Shown here: one piece after another, positions 1 to 12,670 of the stretch
Numbering within the stretch: position 1 is the stretch's first letter
Layout: every line of letters begins with the position of its first letter
Assembly: GCA_002269645.1 (NCBI GenBank)
Contig: NIVC01001636.1
Span: forward strand, 1 to 64,000
Length of the DNA: 64,000 nt
Direction: 5' to 3'
Origin: Macrostomum lignano
Taxonomy: Eukaryota
The notes under the pieces: model-generated
What the model was told of the DNA's origin: nothing
Seen by the model: only the letters and a program-made list of their open reading frames with translations
Database searches by the model: none
Program-made: the position numbers and the translations under genes

Positions 1-862
1 CTTTACATTAGAATTGCAGTTCTGGAGAAAGTAATGTTTGGTTAGGAACTGATCGCACAGATATCAGAACAAGTCGTGTTACTCATTTAAAAGCATTGAC
101 ACTAAAGTTTTGTAATCTGGCCCCACCATACTTTTGTGGCATTTTTGTAAGACTGAACGCCTTGGCACATATACACGCCTCCTAGCTCGCTGGGAAGGTG
201 TCACATGTGACACCTGCGTGTTTTTAAGGTTGTTAAATCACTTTGCCCTGCTTTACAGATAAAATATACTACATTTTAGAATGCAGTAGTGTTGCACAGA
301 CTTTGGATGACAAAAAAGCGAAATGTCACGCAATTTCTGTGGCTAAAAGAAAGTTTAAAATCACTTCAAATGGTTATAAATCAGTTACTTAAAGATTTCC
401 GATTGTATTTTGCAACAAAAAAAACAGATTTCATTACGAATTAAAAACATTTTTAAGTTACTTTAACGTATTAAATCATAAAAGGTAAGTTAAATTACGA
501 ACTGTGTTTGCACTTCGCACCTCCTGAAGTGAGTGGCAACCAATTCAGTTTTAGAAGAATTATAATCGCCAGTTTTTAGCTTCATTAACAATGCCTTTCA
601 AATGCAGAAAATATACTGCTCTTTTTCGAAATTTTCAGTTGAACCCAGAGCATGCATTGCATAAATGGATTGTCCATTGATAACCGTTATCTTAGACTTA
701 AAGTGTACTAACTGTGGCGCAGTTGTTTAGCTCAGATAAGAGAGCCCGTGAATCCAGATCCAGACCCCCTAATTATCAGAACAAATCCAAGCTATAAAGG
801 TTAGAAAATCCGAAAGCCGAGCCAACACCAGAGCCAGCAGTTACTGCTCAGCTAACTGCAAA

Positions 863-2652
863 ATGCAGCATAAGAACGGCGCCACCCAGAATGTCTTGGA
901 TCCGCTCGTAGAAGAAGCTGAGCATGAAGATCAAAAATTAGATTGCAAATTTGAGAATGTTGAAGCCATATTCGATCACCTCGGAGGCACTGGTCGATAT
1001 AACCTGCTTGTCTTAGTTATCATGGTGTATGTTAACTTATTCCCTGGAATGATCACTTTGTCAGCCAACTTCACAGCTGCCGATGTGCCATTTAACTGTT
1101 CCAAGTTCGGCTTCGAGAACTCTTCTCTGTCAAGTACCTGCGCTCCATCAACGTCTATCGATGATAATCTTCAATGTCGTGTAACTCTCAACTGCACTGA
1201 GTCAGCTGGTTTAAATGGACAACTGGATAACTCAATAAGTTCGGTCTTGAAGACATTCGAGTGTCAAAGTTTTCAGTTTAGTACAACCGGAGCGCTTCAG
1301 GTAGGACGCATCCAAAGTCCTGTGACGAGCCTCAGTAAAATCTTTAATAAGCTGCACCAAAACTCAAACTAATTTAGGAAACTGCGGTGTCCAGATTCGG
1401 TCTTGTGTGTCAGCGCGCCTGGATGTCCAACCTGGCTACCACATTCTTCTTTATTGGCTTCCTATTTGGCTGCTCATTGTACGGCGCATTGGCCGACCGA
1501 TTCGGCCGGCTCAGAATGATGCTAATTGCGCTCTGTAACATGTCCGTAGGTGCCATTGCGGCATCGCAAGCTCCCTTTTTGTGGCTTTATTGGTGCTTCC
1601 AACTGCTGATTGGAATCGGAATAGGCGGCTTCATGTCCTGCACTTTTTCCTTTGCACTGGAGAACACCGACCCAGCGCACCGAAGCATCTCGGGCTTCAA
1701 CTTGCACAACGGTTGGACTGTGGGAATTTTCCTGGGGACGTTTATTGCCTATTTTGAACGACGCTACAGCCGCCTACTGCTCTACAAAGGTTTGTGCGCT
1801 GCTGCTGCGCTGCCGCCTCTGCTCATCCTGAGCGAGTCGCCGCGCTGGCTCGTCTCCGCTCGACGCTACAAACAGGCCGACTCGGTGCTCCACCGAATCG
1901 CAAGGATCAACCGTCGATCCTTGGGTGGCGACGCTTTCTCTAGCGAGGCTATTAGTCGACGCTTTGAGAAGCGGGTTGTTAAGACAAGCGTACTGGACCT
2001 GCTCAGGCGGCCGGGCATGCGGCGAGTAACTTTTATTGCCTGGGCCATGTTCTTCAACGTGTCCATGGCCTACTACGGGATCTCTCTGGGCATCGGCGAC
2101 CTCGGTGGCAGCATCTTTGTCAACCAGCTCCTTGCTGCCGCTGTGGAAATCCCAGCTAGACTGTTGGGTATGCTGGCTAGCTATCGAATTGGTCGCCGTG
2201 TGAGCACCATGGTGTCTTTCGGGTTAGCTGGCATCTGTCTCACCGCTACGGCTTTCCTGTTTGGGGACAGTCGCTACACCGGAGCAAGGATTGCCACCGC
2301 TATGACAGGAAAGTTCTGGATTACTCTGGCATTCGATTTGGCCTGGCTATACTCTGCCGAAGTTTTCCCGACGGTTGTTAGAAGTCTTGGAGTCGGTACC
2401 GGATCAACGTTTGCCCGGGTTGGCGCAATGGTGAGCACCCTAGTGCCTGGTTTGGGGTTTGTTTGGCGCCCTTTGCCGTTTTTAATCTTGGCTGCAGGGC
2501 CACTGCTGGTGGTTCTGCTGGCTGTGGCCGCTCCGGAGACAAAGGGGCGTCGACTGCCCGACAGCATGGAGGATGGAGAGCGGCTCGCGCAGGCCGGCGG
2601 CTGCTGCGGTCGGCGACAAGAAGACAGCGGAAGGGGCGACATCGAGTTATAG
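863..2652 (+). CDS. SLC22/organic cation transporter-like MFS protein, paralog 1 (exons 863-1300 and 1378-2652; 570 aa)
   Basis: Phase-0 intron 1301-1377 (CAG|GTAGGA ... CTAATTTAG|GAA) joins two ORFs in frame. SLC22 hallmarks: Cys-rich loop after TM1, 'FGLVCQRAW', 'GALADRFGR', 'ESPRWL', 'YSAEVFPTVVRS', 'PETKG'. Confidence 0.93.
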
Positions 2653-3410
2653 ATTTGAACTATACGATACACGATACTCTCGTATTTAACTAGAAGAACT
2701 ACAGATATAACTTACTGTGACGCCTTTGAAATGCAAACCATTTTATTGCTTTATCTTTCAAGCTTGTTAGTTTCCTTAACTGCTTGTACCCATGCAGTAG
2801 TAGTGGTTACTGGTGAGTGTGCTTAAAATGTATAATTTCGCTTTTCTGATAATTTAGGGGAATAAAAATCTTTGAAAATTTTCCTAAATTTGTTTAAATG
2901 TATTATGTCTAATTGTTTTTTATTCCTGCTCAGGTAGCTAAGAAATGTGTTTACCGGAATCGGACATTTCGTCTTGTTAAAAGGCGCCTTTTGTATGTGC
3001 ATAATCTTGGAAGTACGAGCTAGTTAAGCTTCGTCACTTGAACGGACCATTTACATGAGTACAGATACTTAGCAAAAATCCTTTGGAAACTAAATTAAGC
3101 TGCATTATTCGGATGCAGAAAATACAATGTGAGACTAAACTACTTCTGGGGTTTTAAATAGAAGGTAACAATTTATTACTAAGCTCATGAAACCAATGAA
3201 CGAGCCGTATGATGAAATTATGGGTGAGCACAGTAGCAAAATGAAAAGAAAAGTAAGTCTGCTCAATTGCTGCACTTGAGTGGCTGGCTGGGTGGCTGGC
3301 AACTTGGCCAAAATAGCTCAAAAGCTAAGGGGTTAGTGTGGAACAGAAACAGCATAAATTGTAATTTCAAACAGCACGGGGTAATTTCTATTTTTCACTC
3401 TGATGCGAAA

Positions 3411-5917
3411 ATGCAAGACAACAGCAATGAAAAAGAACCCAGCAGAGATGTCTCTGACCCGCTCGTTGACGAAAACGAGCAGAAGAGGGACGACGAGCCG
3501 AGCAACTTTAAAGACATCGAAGCAGTTCTTGATCATCTCGGAGGCGCCGGTCGCTACAATTTGTTAGTTTTGGCCGCGGCGGCGTTCTTCAACGTCTTCA
3601 CAGGAATGATAACATTATCTGCCAATTTCACCTCAGCTGGCGTGCCTTTCAACTGTTCGGACTTCGGCCTCGACAATGTATCCCTGCCGGATGATTGCCA
3701 GTCTTCCGCAGCCACGAATGGCAGCTCTGCTGCGATCGACTCTCAGTGCTCAGTGACTTTCAACTGTTCCTCGGCGATGACTGAGAAGCTAGATAAGTCG
3801 GACAGTTTAAAGCTGAGGACATTCGACTGTCAAACGTTCCAATTCAGTGAAGCGGGGATGTTTCTGGTAAGTGCGGTGCATGTGTGCTGCTTAGGGATTT
3901 TACACCAACGCTAGCGGTTTGTGTAGACATCGATTTTAGCAACCTAACACTGCATAAGCAATTTTTTCTACTTTAAAACGTGTTTAAAATACACTGTAAG
4001 CTAAAGTGATAAGCTTATAGAATGAATAGAAAAAAACAGCAGCAAAATTGTCTTGAGAATCGTTCTATCGTTATTGTGCTCTATTTTTTCTGTCTTGCAT
4101 GGTAGTCTCTCTGCTTCTCTGAGTAAATTGCAACATAGATGGCTTTAAGAATTTTTCGTCTTTCTTTATGGTTGAATTGTTAAACAAGCTCACTAATACG
4201 AGTAGAGACAGTTTTCACTCGTGTTGCTTGCAAACCACTCGGTAGTTTGTAGTGACATTCGCTGAGGAGGGAATCACTGTCAAACTTTCTAAAACATTAC
4301 CTATAACATACGATGCAACTCTAGAACCAACACTAAGCAATTTCCATTGGCGATATACGGTAGAGCATCGATACATCTGTTTATGAATTCGTTAATCTTT
4401 AAACTTTGCGTCTTTGTCATACAGTGCCCATTCACTTCATTCAGAGGCTTTATCAATAGTTGTCGAAATTTTGTCACTTTTTCAAAGTGTCTTCATTGGC
4501 AACATACTATGAAGTCCTAAGAATGCTATTTTGACCTCGTAAAATCGGACCAAGCTCTTACTCATAACTTAGAGTTAGTTAGCGTATGATCGTAAAAATG
4601 TCTTTTTGCACCATTAAGGAAACAGCCGTCTCGCGATTTGGCCTGGTCTGTCAACGAGCCTGGATGTCCAACCTGGCCACAACATTCTATTTTGTGGGTT
4701 TCCTATTCGGCTGCTCAGTCTATGGCGCACTGGCGGACAGGTTCGGGCGTCAGAAAATGGCGCTAGTCTCACTGATCAATATTATAGTCTGCACCATAGC
4801 CGCGTCACAAGCTCCTCTTCTGTGGCTGTACTGGAGCCTCCAACTTCTCACTGGATTGGGAATTGGCGGCTTTATGTCGTCCACGTTTTCTTTGGCGTTA
4901 GAGAGCACCACTCCAGCCTATCGGAATATTTGGGGCATGGGCTTGCACAATGGTTGGACAATTGGCATCTACTTGGGCACGCTGATTGCTTACTTTGAGA
5001 GGCGCTACAATTTCCTGTTGCTGTACTACGGATTGACTGTGTTGGCTGCCATCCCACCGGTGCTGCTGCTGAGCGAGTCGCCACGCTGGCTCGTGTCCAC
5101 CAGGCGGTACAAGCAAGCCGACTCAGTACTCCAGCGCATCGCAAGGATCAACAGACGATCTTTAGGTGACGATAATTTTTCATCTGAGATCATTGCTCTC
5201 CGAGACAAATCCGCTTCTACAGGGGACGAAGGCATCAGCGTTCTGCAGCTGTTGAAACAGCCGAACATGCGCCTGGTCACCTGCATCGTCTGGGTCATGT
5301 TTTTTAACGTTTCCATGGCCTACTATGGGATCTGGTTAGCTATGGGCAACCTGGGTGGCAGCATATATCGCAATCAGCTGATCGCGGCTACTATTGAGAT
5401 ACCGTCTAGGCTACTGGGCATGCTGGCCAGCTATCGAATCAATCGCCGCGTGACTATCATTGTTACATACGGCTGTGCGGGCGTCTGTCTCGCAGCTACG
5501 GCATTCTTGTTCGGTGAAAGTCACCTCTCTGTAGCTCGAATTTCTACAGCAATGACAGGAAAGTTTTGGGTCCTGATTGCATTTGACCTGACTTGGCTCT
5601 ACTCTGCGGAAGTTTTTCCCACCGTGGTTCGCAGTCTGGGAGTTGGTACCGGATCTACATTTGCTAGGGCTGGGGCGATGATCAGCACTCTGGTGCCGGG
5701 GCTTGGAGTCTTCTGGCGTCCGCTGCCTTTCCTGATCTTCTCTATTGGTCCGTTGCTGGTGGTTCTGCTAGCGCTGGCTGTGCCCGAGACGCGAGGCCGT
5801 CGGCTGCCGAATAGCATGGAGGACGGAGAGCGACTCGCTAAAACCAGTCGATGTTGCAGACGGAGACGGCAGCAGGCGCAGGATATCAGCGACGGCGGCG
5901 GTGACATTGAGTTGTAG
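3411..5917 (+). CDS. SLC22/organic cation transporter-like MFS protein, paralog 2 (exons 3411-3866 and 4619-5917; 584 aa)
   Basis: ATG at 3411 (MQDNS...). Phase-0 intron 3867-4618 (CTG|GTAAGT ... TAAG|GAA) sits at the same position as in paralog 1. Same motif set, ending GDIEL*. Confidence 0.92.
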
Positions 5918-6973
5918 ATGCTTTTTTGAATCGCTTATAGCCTGAGGAGGTTTCATGATAATGTTTTTGTTGAAAGCTTACTGAATCATAATTAGTTTCA
6001 TCTAACAAAAAGAACTTTGAGCACATAGTTTAACTTCGATTTTTAACCTCGTGATGGCTATCATTGACCGAAAGCTGTCAATATACTGACGTAGTACTGA
6101 TTGAAATGTTTTTCGTCTCCACGACGAAAACAGTAGGGACTACTTTGTAGTAAGTTTAATGGAAATTTTAGTGGTATGTATATCGTTTCATAAATAATAA
6201 TTAGCCTCTTTATAATCAATTAACTAACTAATCTGTTTAACGACGGCAAAAATATTTACTTAATTTTTATAAACAAAGCGTAGTTTGGATTGAAGTAGTT
6301 GGTGTTTCATAATATAATATATATTTGAACCCAATTTAATAGAATCGATCACCTTTTTTACCGGACTGCTAAGCACTGGTGAATTTGATGAATTCAACTA
6401 CAAGTATTTAATAGAGGTTTCACTGTTCCAGATTTCGTCTAGGCCTATAGAGGGAAAATACGTTTTATGACTGATGCCTAGTTTAAACAAAATAGTCCTG
6501 CGTTTGATTGTTACATTATTATTCTTTTAAAGATTTTCCTATTTTGCCTATTTTAATATTAAAATTTTATAGTATTTAAAGCTTTATGAGGAAAATTTTA
6601 TAAACGACAATATTTCTGAAGCAACCAATGGTAGACTGCTTTTGTTAAACTATACGTAACACAAATCACCAATAACTATAGCAGATATAGTATTCAGTCG
6701 TTTATGATGAAATCCCGGTCTTATTCAGTGCAATCTAATTCTTTACATGTGCAGTTATTGCATTACACGCAGTATCAAGATGGATTGGTCCTACCTCTGT
6801 GATTGGTTTAGATTCCCCATGGCCTCGATAGACCAATAGAAATTCGTTTGGATTTCGTATAAGACGCATATATTAAAGCATTGTTGCATTCACTCAGGGA
6901 ACTAAGGAATCACTATAACTACTAGGAAAATCCAGCAAAACGTACTTGAAGTAACACGCGAACAAGAAGACTA

Positions 6974-8065
6974 ATGTCTCCAATAAATTCATTAAACACA
7001 CTGTTCCTGAGCTGTATCGTTTCGCTTCTGCTGCTGTCAAGCGTCTCATGCAGAGAGGTGAGAACAGTTAGTGTTGGCTGCTACCGTGACGGCAGAACTC
7101 GAGACTTGCGAGGCTTGCATGGTGTGACCAAGCTGCTTGGCTTTAGTGTGCATTCCACTGCTCACACGGTCATTAGTTCTGGCATGACCTACCAGCTCTG
7201 TGCTCGGGTGTGTTCGCAAGGCGGCTTCGCCTACATGGGACTGCAGTACAGTTCCGAGTGCTACTGCGGCAACTCTTACGGAGCTCACGGCCGAGCGCCC
7301 GACAGCGACTGCAATCGACCGTGCCGCGGAAATTCGACGCAAATCTGCGGCGGTTCAAGCAGGAATTCCGTGTTCGAGCTTAAGTACACGTGTGAGCATT
7401 CGCCACGCAGGAGGCCTTAGCCTAGCGGCATAGCGCTGATCTCTTATGTGCCAGCAGCCCAGGCTCGATTCTAAGTGCAGTCACATTAATTTTGAGCAAA
7501 ATTGGAATATCAGCTTGGGTCTGAACGTTAAATTAACACCCTTGAGGGTCAACCTCAAAGACACTGGGAAGTGTACATGCCTAACGATAAATACAGTTAG
7601 GGCCGCTGTGTGTGTGTGCCCGTGCGTATGACTGCGTACGTATCCACGCGCTTGTGGGCCTGCTCAGAGAAGTCGGTGGAATGGGCAGTAAAATGTTTTT
7701 TGCCGATTGTGTGACTATGTCGCTTAAAGTGCGCCAGGGTGCACGCAGCCCCCTGCCCCTAGAATAGCTTTGATACGGATATTACTTCCTTCAATAACAT
7801 CGATCACTTCGACCAAAATTCAATTGCAACTTCAGATCCAAACCGATTCACAGCAGCAGACAAAGCCTACTTCACAGTGAGCCCTTCGAAAACGGTCCAC
7901 CAAAGCGTCAGCGCCAGCAGACTGACTGAATGCCTGTACAGGTGCGACAACGACTGTCAGGCAGCGCTTTTTATTTCCGAGCAGCAGCTCTGCCATCTAT
8001 TAAAGTTCACTCTGATACCCCAGACTCTCAGCACAGCAGCTGGGGTTTTTCTCACACTGGCCTGA
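6974..8065 (+). CDS. Secreted signal peptide + WSC domain + PAN/apple-like protein (exons 6974-7391 and 7836-8065; 215 aa)
   Basis: Hydrophobic leader. WSC motifs: GCYRD, MTYQLCARVC, YMGLQYSSECYCG, CNRPCRGN..QICGG. Phase-1 intron (T|GTGAGC ... TTCAG|AT) joins to an exon reading ECLYRCDNDCQAALF...CHLLKF, a PAN-like Cys spacing. Confidence 0.88.
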
Positions 8066-8469
8066 CAAACGGCAAGCAATGGATAGTGGAGCCTCAAACT
8101 GATGAAATGCAAATTTGCAGTCTTGAAAACCCCCGAGCCCACTTTTTGGAATAGTTAAACAGCTTTTTACTTTAACATATCCTCTTACCGTTGTTTCAGT
8201 AACGAACGCTTTTTTTCTTTACTGGCTGTGTTTGCTCTGCCTTGGAATGTTTATTCCCACGGATGAGCTCAAGCCTCAAGAAGGTTTTGTTAAACGTGCT
8301 GAATGAAAGTTTTTCGACTGATATGTCGGGTAATAAAACTATTGAGTATGCCAATCAAGATCTATTTTTTTAGAGGCTTTGAATATTTGAGCTTTGAATA
8401 TTAAAGTGGCTAAAAACTGAACCGTATGTCGAAGTTGCTTCTTTCTATTTTTTCCTAAACTCTGTCACT

Positions 8470-8780
8470 CTCCAATGGTTCCACGGGGATGCGAACCCCG
8501 GTCCGCAAAGCCTCTCTATCCGCCCCCCGGGTATCGTTTGAAACTTCACAATAGCAATCCGGCGGGCTCAAGGTTTGTGTCTTCTACGCGCTCTCTTTAT
8601 TCCTCTTTTCTCTCCTCTCTAATCTATCCTCTGTTCTCATCTCTCAGTTTTCTCATTTTCTCCCATCTCTTCTCTCTTCCCTCCTCTATCCTGTAATCTC
8701 TTCTTCTCTATTCTATCATCTTTCCTCTTATCTTCTTCTATCTTTCCTCTATTGACTCTCCTGTTCCATCTTCTCTGACC
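8470..8780 (+). mobile_element. MITE-like element with internal CT-rich tract (related to 59269-59693 and 11830-12030)
   Basis: Head 'gcaaagcctct.tatcc...gaaact.cacaatag.aat.cgg' is shared with the reverse complement of 59590-59655. A polypyrimidine tract follows. Confidence 0.5.
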
Positions 8781-9011
8781 CGAAGTCATAAGTTCTTGTA
8801 TATTATTTATTTGGAACTTATGGGTCTAGCATTCGAAGGGTTCCACCTTATTTTACCTTCATTCATGCAGTAGTAAGTGCCAATGCTATTAGTACGATAA
8901 TTTGATCTGATTTGCCTTCTCTCTTTTTCTGATGCCAAGAATCCATCCTTATACTCGGATTTAGGTTTAACTAGTCGATAATACTTGGATTGCAATGCCA
9001 AAATTTAAAAA

Positions 9012-9220
9012 TCCTGAGTCCTGCCGCCTCACCGCTCCTGAGTCATGCCGCCTCACCGCTCCTGAGTCATGCCGCCTCACCGCTCCTGAGTCATGCCGCC
9101 TCACCGCTCCTGAGTCATGCCGCCACACCGCTCCTGAGTCATGCCGCCTCACCGCTCCTGAGTCATGCCGCCACACCGCTCCTGAGTCATGCCGCCTCAC
9201 CGCTCCTGAGTCATGCCGCC
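9012..9220. repeat. 24-bp tandem repeat (8 full units plus a partial) derived from WSC coding sequence
   Basis: Unit gccgcc(t/a)caccgctcctgagtcat. On the minus strand it reads ATG ACT CAG GAG CGG TG(A/T) GGC GGC = MTQER(*/C)GG. Confidence 0.95.
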
Positions 9221-9440
9221 AGTCAAAGCGCGAGCACTGGACGAACCAACAAATTGATGGCCTTGAGAAGTCAGAATGTCCTTCATTCCTGTGAGGTCGT
9301 GATTCTCGCCAGAATTCTCAAAGCAGCCGATGTAGTTGGTGCGAAACAGCCTGGCCTCTGCCGAAATCAGACTCAGCTGGCAGAGGTACCAGAAGTTCAA
9401 CACGATTTCGATATATTAATCAGAGCTTTCGACAGAGTTC
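9012..9440 (-). pseudogene. WSC-gene 5' fragment, close paralog of the 46586 gene, truncated at the repeat expansion
   Basis: ORF 9197-9403 (LNFWYLCQLSLISAEARLFRTNYIGCFENSGEN...GGMTQER*) is near-identical to the ORF at 46.6-46.8 kb. The first repeat unit supplies an in-frame TGA. Confidence 0.88.
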
Positions 9441-9609
9441 TGGTGAATTCTAGGAATCTCAGGTAAGCTGCGCGCTGTCGTATACATGTAGACAATGGAC
9501 GGATTTCCATCATTCCATTTCATCTAAAATAGTTCTGAAACTTTTTTCAAGAAGCCAGATACGAGATCGTAATAGCTTCGTACATCACCGGATCGAGTTA
9601 AAATTAAAT

Positions 9610-9985
9610 ACACCATTTGAGAGTGTAGAGTCCTTGTACTTTAGCTGACTTTGACAAGACCCAAAAGCGTATGAACTTGACAGGAATAGATTTGATAGAA
9701 TTAGAAAAATAGCCCGAAATTTTGAACTCGTGTATTTTAAATATTCGTATCAAGCATCATGCTTCATCTAATGAATTCTTCACTGCAGAAAATATTAACA
9801 AAAATTTTGTTTGGATAAATTTTTGTTAATGTCAAAGTTGCTTCCAAGCCGATTGAAGGCTCGATTTTGCCTGCTGCAGCAGCGGCATCTCCCATGCCAT
9901 CACGCTGGTGCTGTGACAGAACCAGCATCTCGAACTCCTTCAGCGAATAGGAGAGACCAAAGTAGAGCCACCAAATAATTCTTAC
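9610..9985 (-). pseudogene. FReD 3' end plus 3' flank, inverted relative to the 10.0-11.1 kb copy
   Basis: Minus strand reads IIWWLYFGLSYSLKEFEMLVL, followed by the same flank as 10790-11065 (cagcaccagcgtgatggcatgg...gcaactttgacatt...cagctaaagtacaagga). Confidence 0.85.
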
Positions 9986-10027
9986 TGCAGAACCTGCAAG
10001 CAGTAGATACGTCTTTGTACTCTTGAG

Positions 10028-10790
10028 GCTCAGTGGACTTTTACCGCAACTGGACTCAGTACCAGAGCGAGTTCGGCGAGGGACCCGACGGAAACTACTG
10101 GATCGGTGAGTGCATCCCAGATCTGCTCCATTCGCTTCCTTTTCCAACTCGGACTTCAACGACAAACAACTCACTGCTTCTGGTCCTCGGAAGCTGAGGA
10201 TCCTGATGAAGTCGTGGAACGACTCTGAGCACTGGGCTGAGAACTCCAGCTTCTCCCGTGGGTCCCGAGTCGGACAACTACCGGCTGAGTGTGTCCGACT
10301 TCTCAGGCAGCGCCGGCATCGGCGACAGCCTCGCAAATTACAACGGCATGCAGTTCATGCAGGGACCGCGCAGGCGTGGCCAGGGACGATCAGCCCGCTA
10401 CGTCGACCGCCTTTTTGAAGATGCGCGAGCACCCAGCCAGGTGGCCGGTGTGAAGTCACATTAGAGACCTAGCTCTGAAACGCGCGATTTGACGCTCCCC
10501 CCTTTTGGCCACTTCTGTGGCTGTCGTGGGGCGTAACTATTATTATTATTATTATTATTATTACTATGCAGTTCAGCACGTGGGACGCCGATAACGACGG
10601 CGCCCCTGGCAACTGCGCAAGCGGGAATCGAGGTGCGTTCTGGTTCAACAACTGCTTCTACGCCCATCCGAACGGAGAGAACAAAGACGCATCTAATGCC
10701 CTTGGAGGTGGTGGAATTATTTGGTACCCACTACATTTTTCCACTCCTGCTCGCTGAAGGAGTTCGAGATGGTTGGTTCTATAACAGCAC
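10028..10790 (+). pseudogene. Fibrinogen-related domain (FReD) pseudogene
   Basis: Reads [27 protein letters not shown]|gtgagt, then [18 protein letters not shown], a +1 frameshift, VGPESDNYRLSVSDFSGSAGIGDSLANYNGMQF, a LINE insertion, FSTWDADND..NCASGNRGAFWFNNCFYAHPNG, another frameshift, and SLKEFEMLVL*. Confidence 0.9.
10358..10565 (+). mobile_element. 5'-truncated non-LTR retrotransposon (RTE-like 3' end) with (TAT)n tail
   Basis: Flanked by the 10-bp direct repeat ATGCAGTTCA (10348-10357 and 10566-10575). Encodes GPRRRGQGRSARYVDRLFED. Ends in (tat)n. Confidence 0.85.
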
Positions 10791-11374
10791 CAGTGTGATG
10801 GCATGGAAGATGCTGCTGCCGCAAAAGGTAAAATCGAGCGATCAATTGGCTTGGAAGCAACTTTGACATTACCGAAAAATTATCTTATCTGAAGACAGCT
10901 GTTAGATGAAGCGCTCAGTACTAATATTGAAAATACACGAGTTAAAAACTTCTATTGATTTAAAGATTTAATTTTTTAAAATTCCTTCAAACCCATTTAT
11001 GCCTTCTTAACCCGCTGTAAAGTCCCATTCTGGACAGCTAAAGTACAAGGATTCTGCAATCTCATTTCTCGGTATTTTCGACTTTTAAGTTTGTAACCCC
11101 AAAAGTGCCGTTTTTCAATTAACAGGTAAAAAGTACTCCACTTCGCTCGAATTTTCTTCTAAGGCACTTTCTGGCTCAGTCCTTCCACAACTCTTGGAAG
11201 ATTGAGGCAATTAGTTTTATGCTCTTACTAATTGAAGCCTAATTAATTAAGCCTAATTGAGAATCCTTCATCGCCGGTAAGTCATGGTGAAGTCGAGAGA
11301 TTGTACCATGGAAACTGACAAATGTACTTATAAATTTCAAATAAATTTCTATGACGCAAGAACTGTAATAATAC

Positions 11375-12670
11375 ATGTACTCAAACTGTATCCACAACGA
11401 GGAATATTTGCAATCAACGAAAATCCTCCTTACCATATGCACACAGCATCTTTCTGTTGACTGTGTCAGCATTATAATGCCGTTCGTTTGTCGATAACTT
11501 AACGAAAAGGGAATGAAACCGTGAGTGCTTGAAGCGTGAGGATTCATTAAAACTCGCAATTGCTAGGCGTCCTACTTTTACTTTTACTTTTGCGAGCTCT
11601 GCTAACCATAAAAAATCTAAGAAAGCATTCGAGACAAACCTCTCAAGAGCGCCTACCGCACAGAATGCGAATTAAAATTTGGCTCTCGAGACCTCGTCAT
11701 TGCGTTTGCTGAAATGGCAAAAGGCGTCTAGACAAGAAAAGGCAAAAAAAATCTCTTTTATATTACTACTCTAGAAAATTCATGTATGACAAGTTTTTAC
11801 TTTTTGATAGAGAAGATTCGATCTTTTCTTCGGGTACCTCACTGCTGCGGACTAGATGGAAGAGCGATGGAGAGGGAGTGAGAAAGAGATGACAGATGAC
11901 AGAAGAGAGGAGAGGTGAGAGGAGGAGAAAGGAATTAAGAGATGAAAGCAGAGAAGAAAGAAGAGTGTCGGAGAGACTTGGGGGCTTGGAGACTTGCGTA
12001 GAGACTTAAGCGGACCGGATTGCTATTGAGAAGCCTAATAAAACCTTTGGAAAAGCCATTTTGACTAGATTCAAATAGAAATCGTTAACAACCGCAGGCA
12101 CCGAATCAGTAATTAACTGTGTGTTAATGCTAAGTCTAGATAACGAATGAAAAAGATATTCATACTCCACACGAAGACACGCGCCGGACCGACGCGAAAA
12201 TGCTCACCAAAAACTATTTGAATCGGTTGAATCTTGAATGCTAAAAATAGATAAGCAAAGCGTATGATCATTGTATTGCAACTAACAATCAGAAATCAAA
12301 CAACCCTTGATTCAATCGGTATTCAGGGGTATTCAGTCGAAAAAAACAACCCTGAATACTCACTAGTCAAAATTTAATGTTCAAGTTAAAATTTTCTCAG
12401 AAATTTGTTATACTGCTAACTATTTTTCCTGTTTCTATACTGAAAACTGACGAAATTCGATGTCTCATGGCAGCAAAAATTTGGGTAGCTTCTACTCAGC
12501 TATTCTATGCAAGGATTGTTATAAGTTACTGTTCAATTAGGACGTAACAATTGTAAATATTGATCCCAATGTCTTCAAAGACTCGCTTTTTACGTGTATT
12601 CAGAAATGTTTGTCTTCATTGCTTTTCAATGCTTTCGACTGCACAATATATTGCGTATTGAATATTGATA
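11375..12670 (+). repeat. Non-coding block duplicated at ~56490-57480
   Basis: Shared segments include 'catatgcacacagcatctttctgttgactgtgtca', 'gtcattgcgtttgctgaaatggcaaa', the GA-rich tract ending 'gtcggagagacttggg', and 'tgtaaatattgatcccaatgtctt'. Confidence 0.85.
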
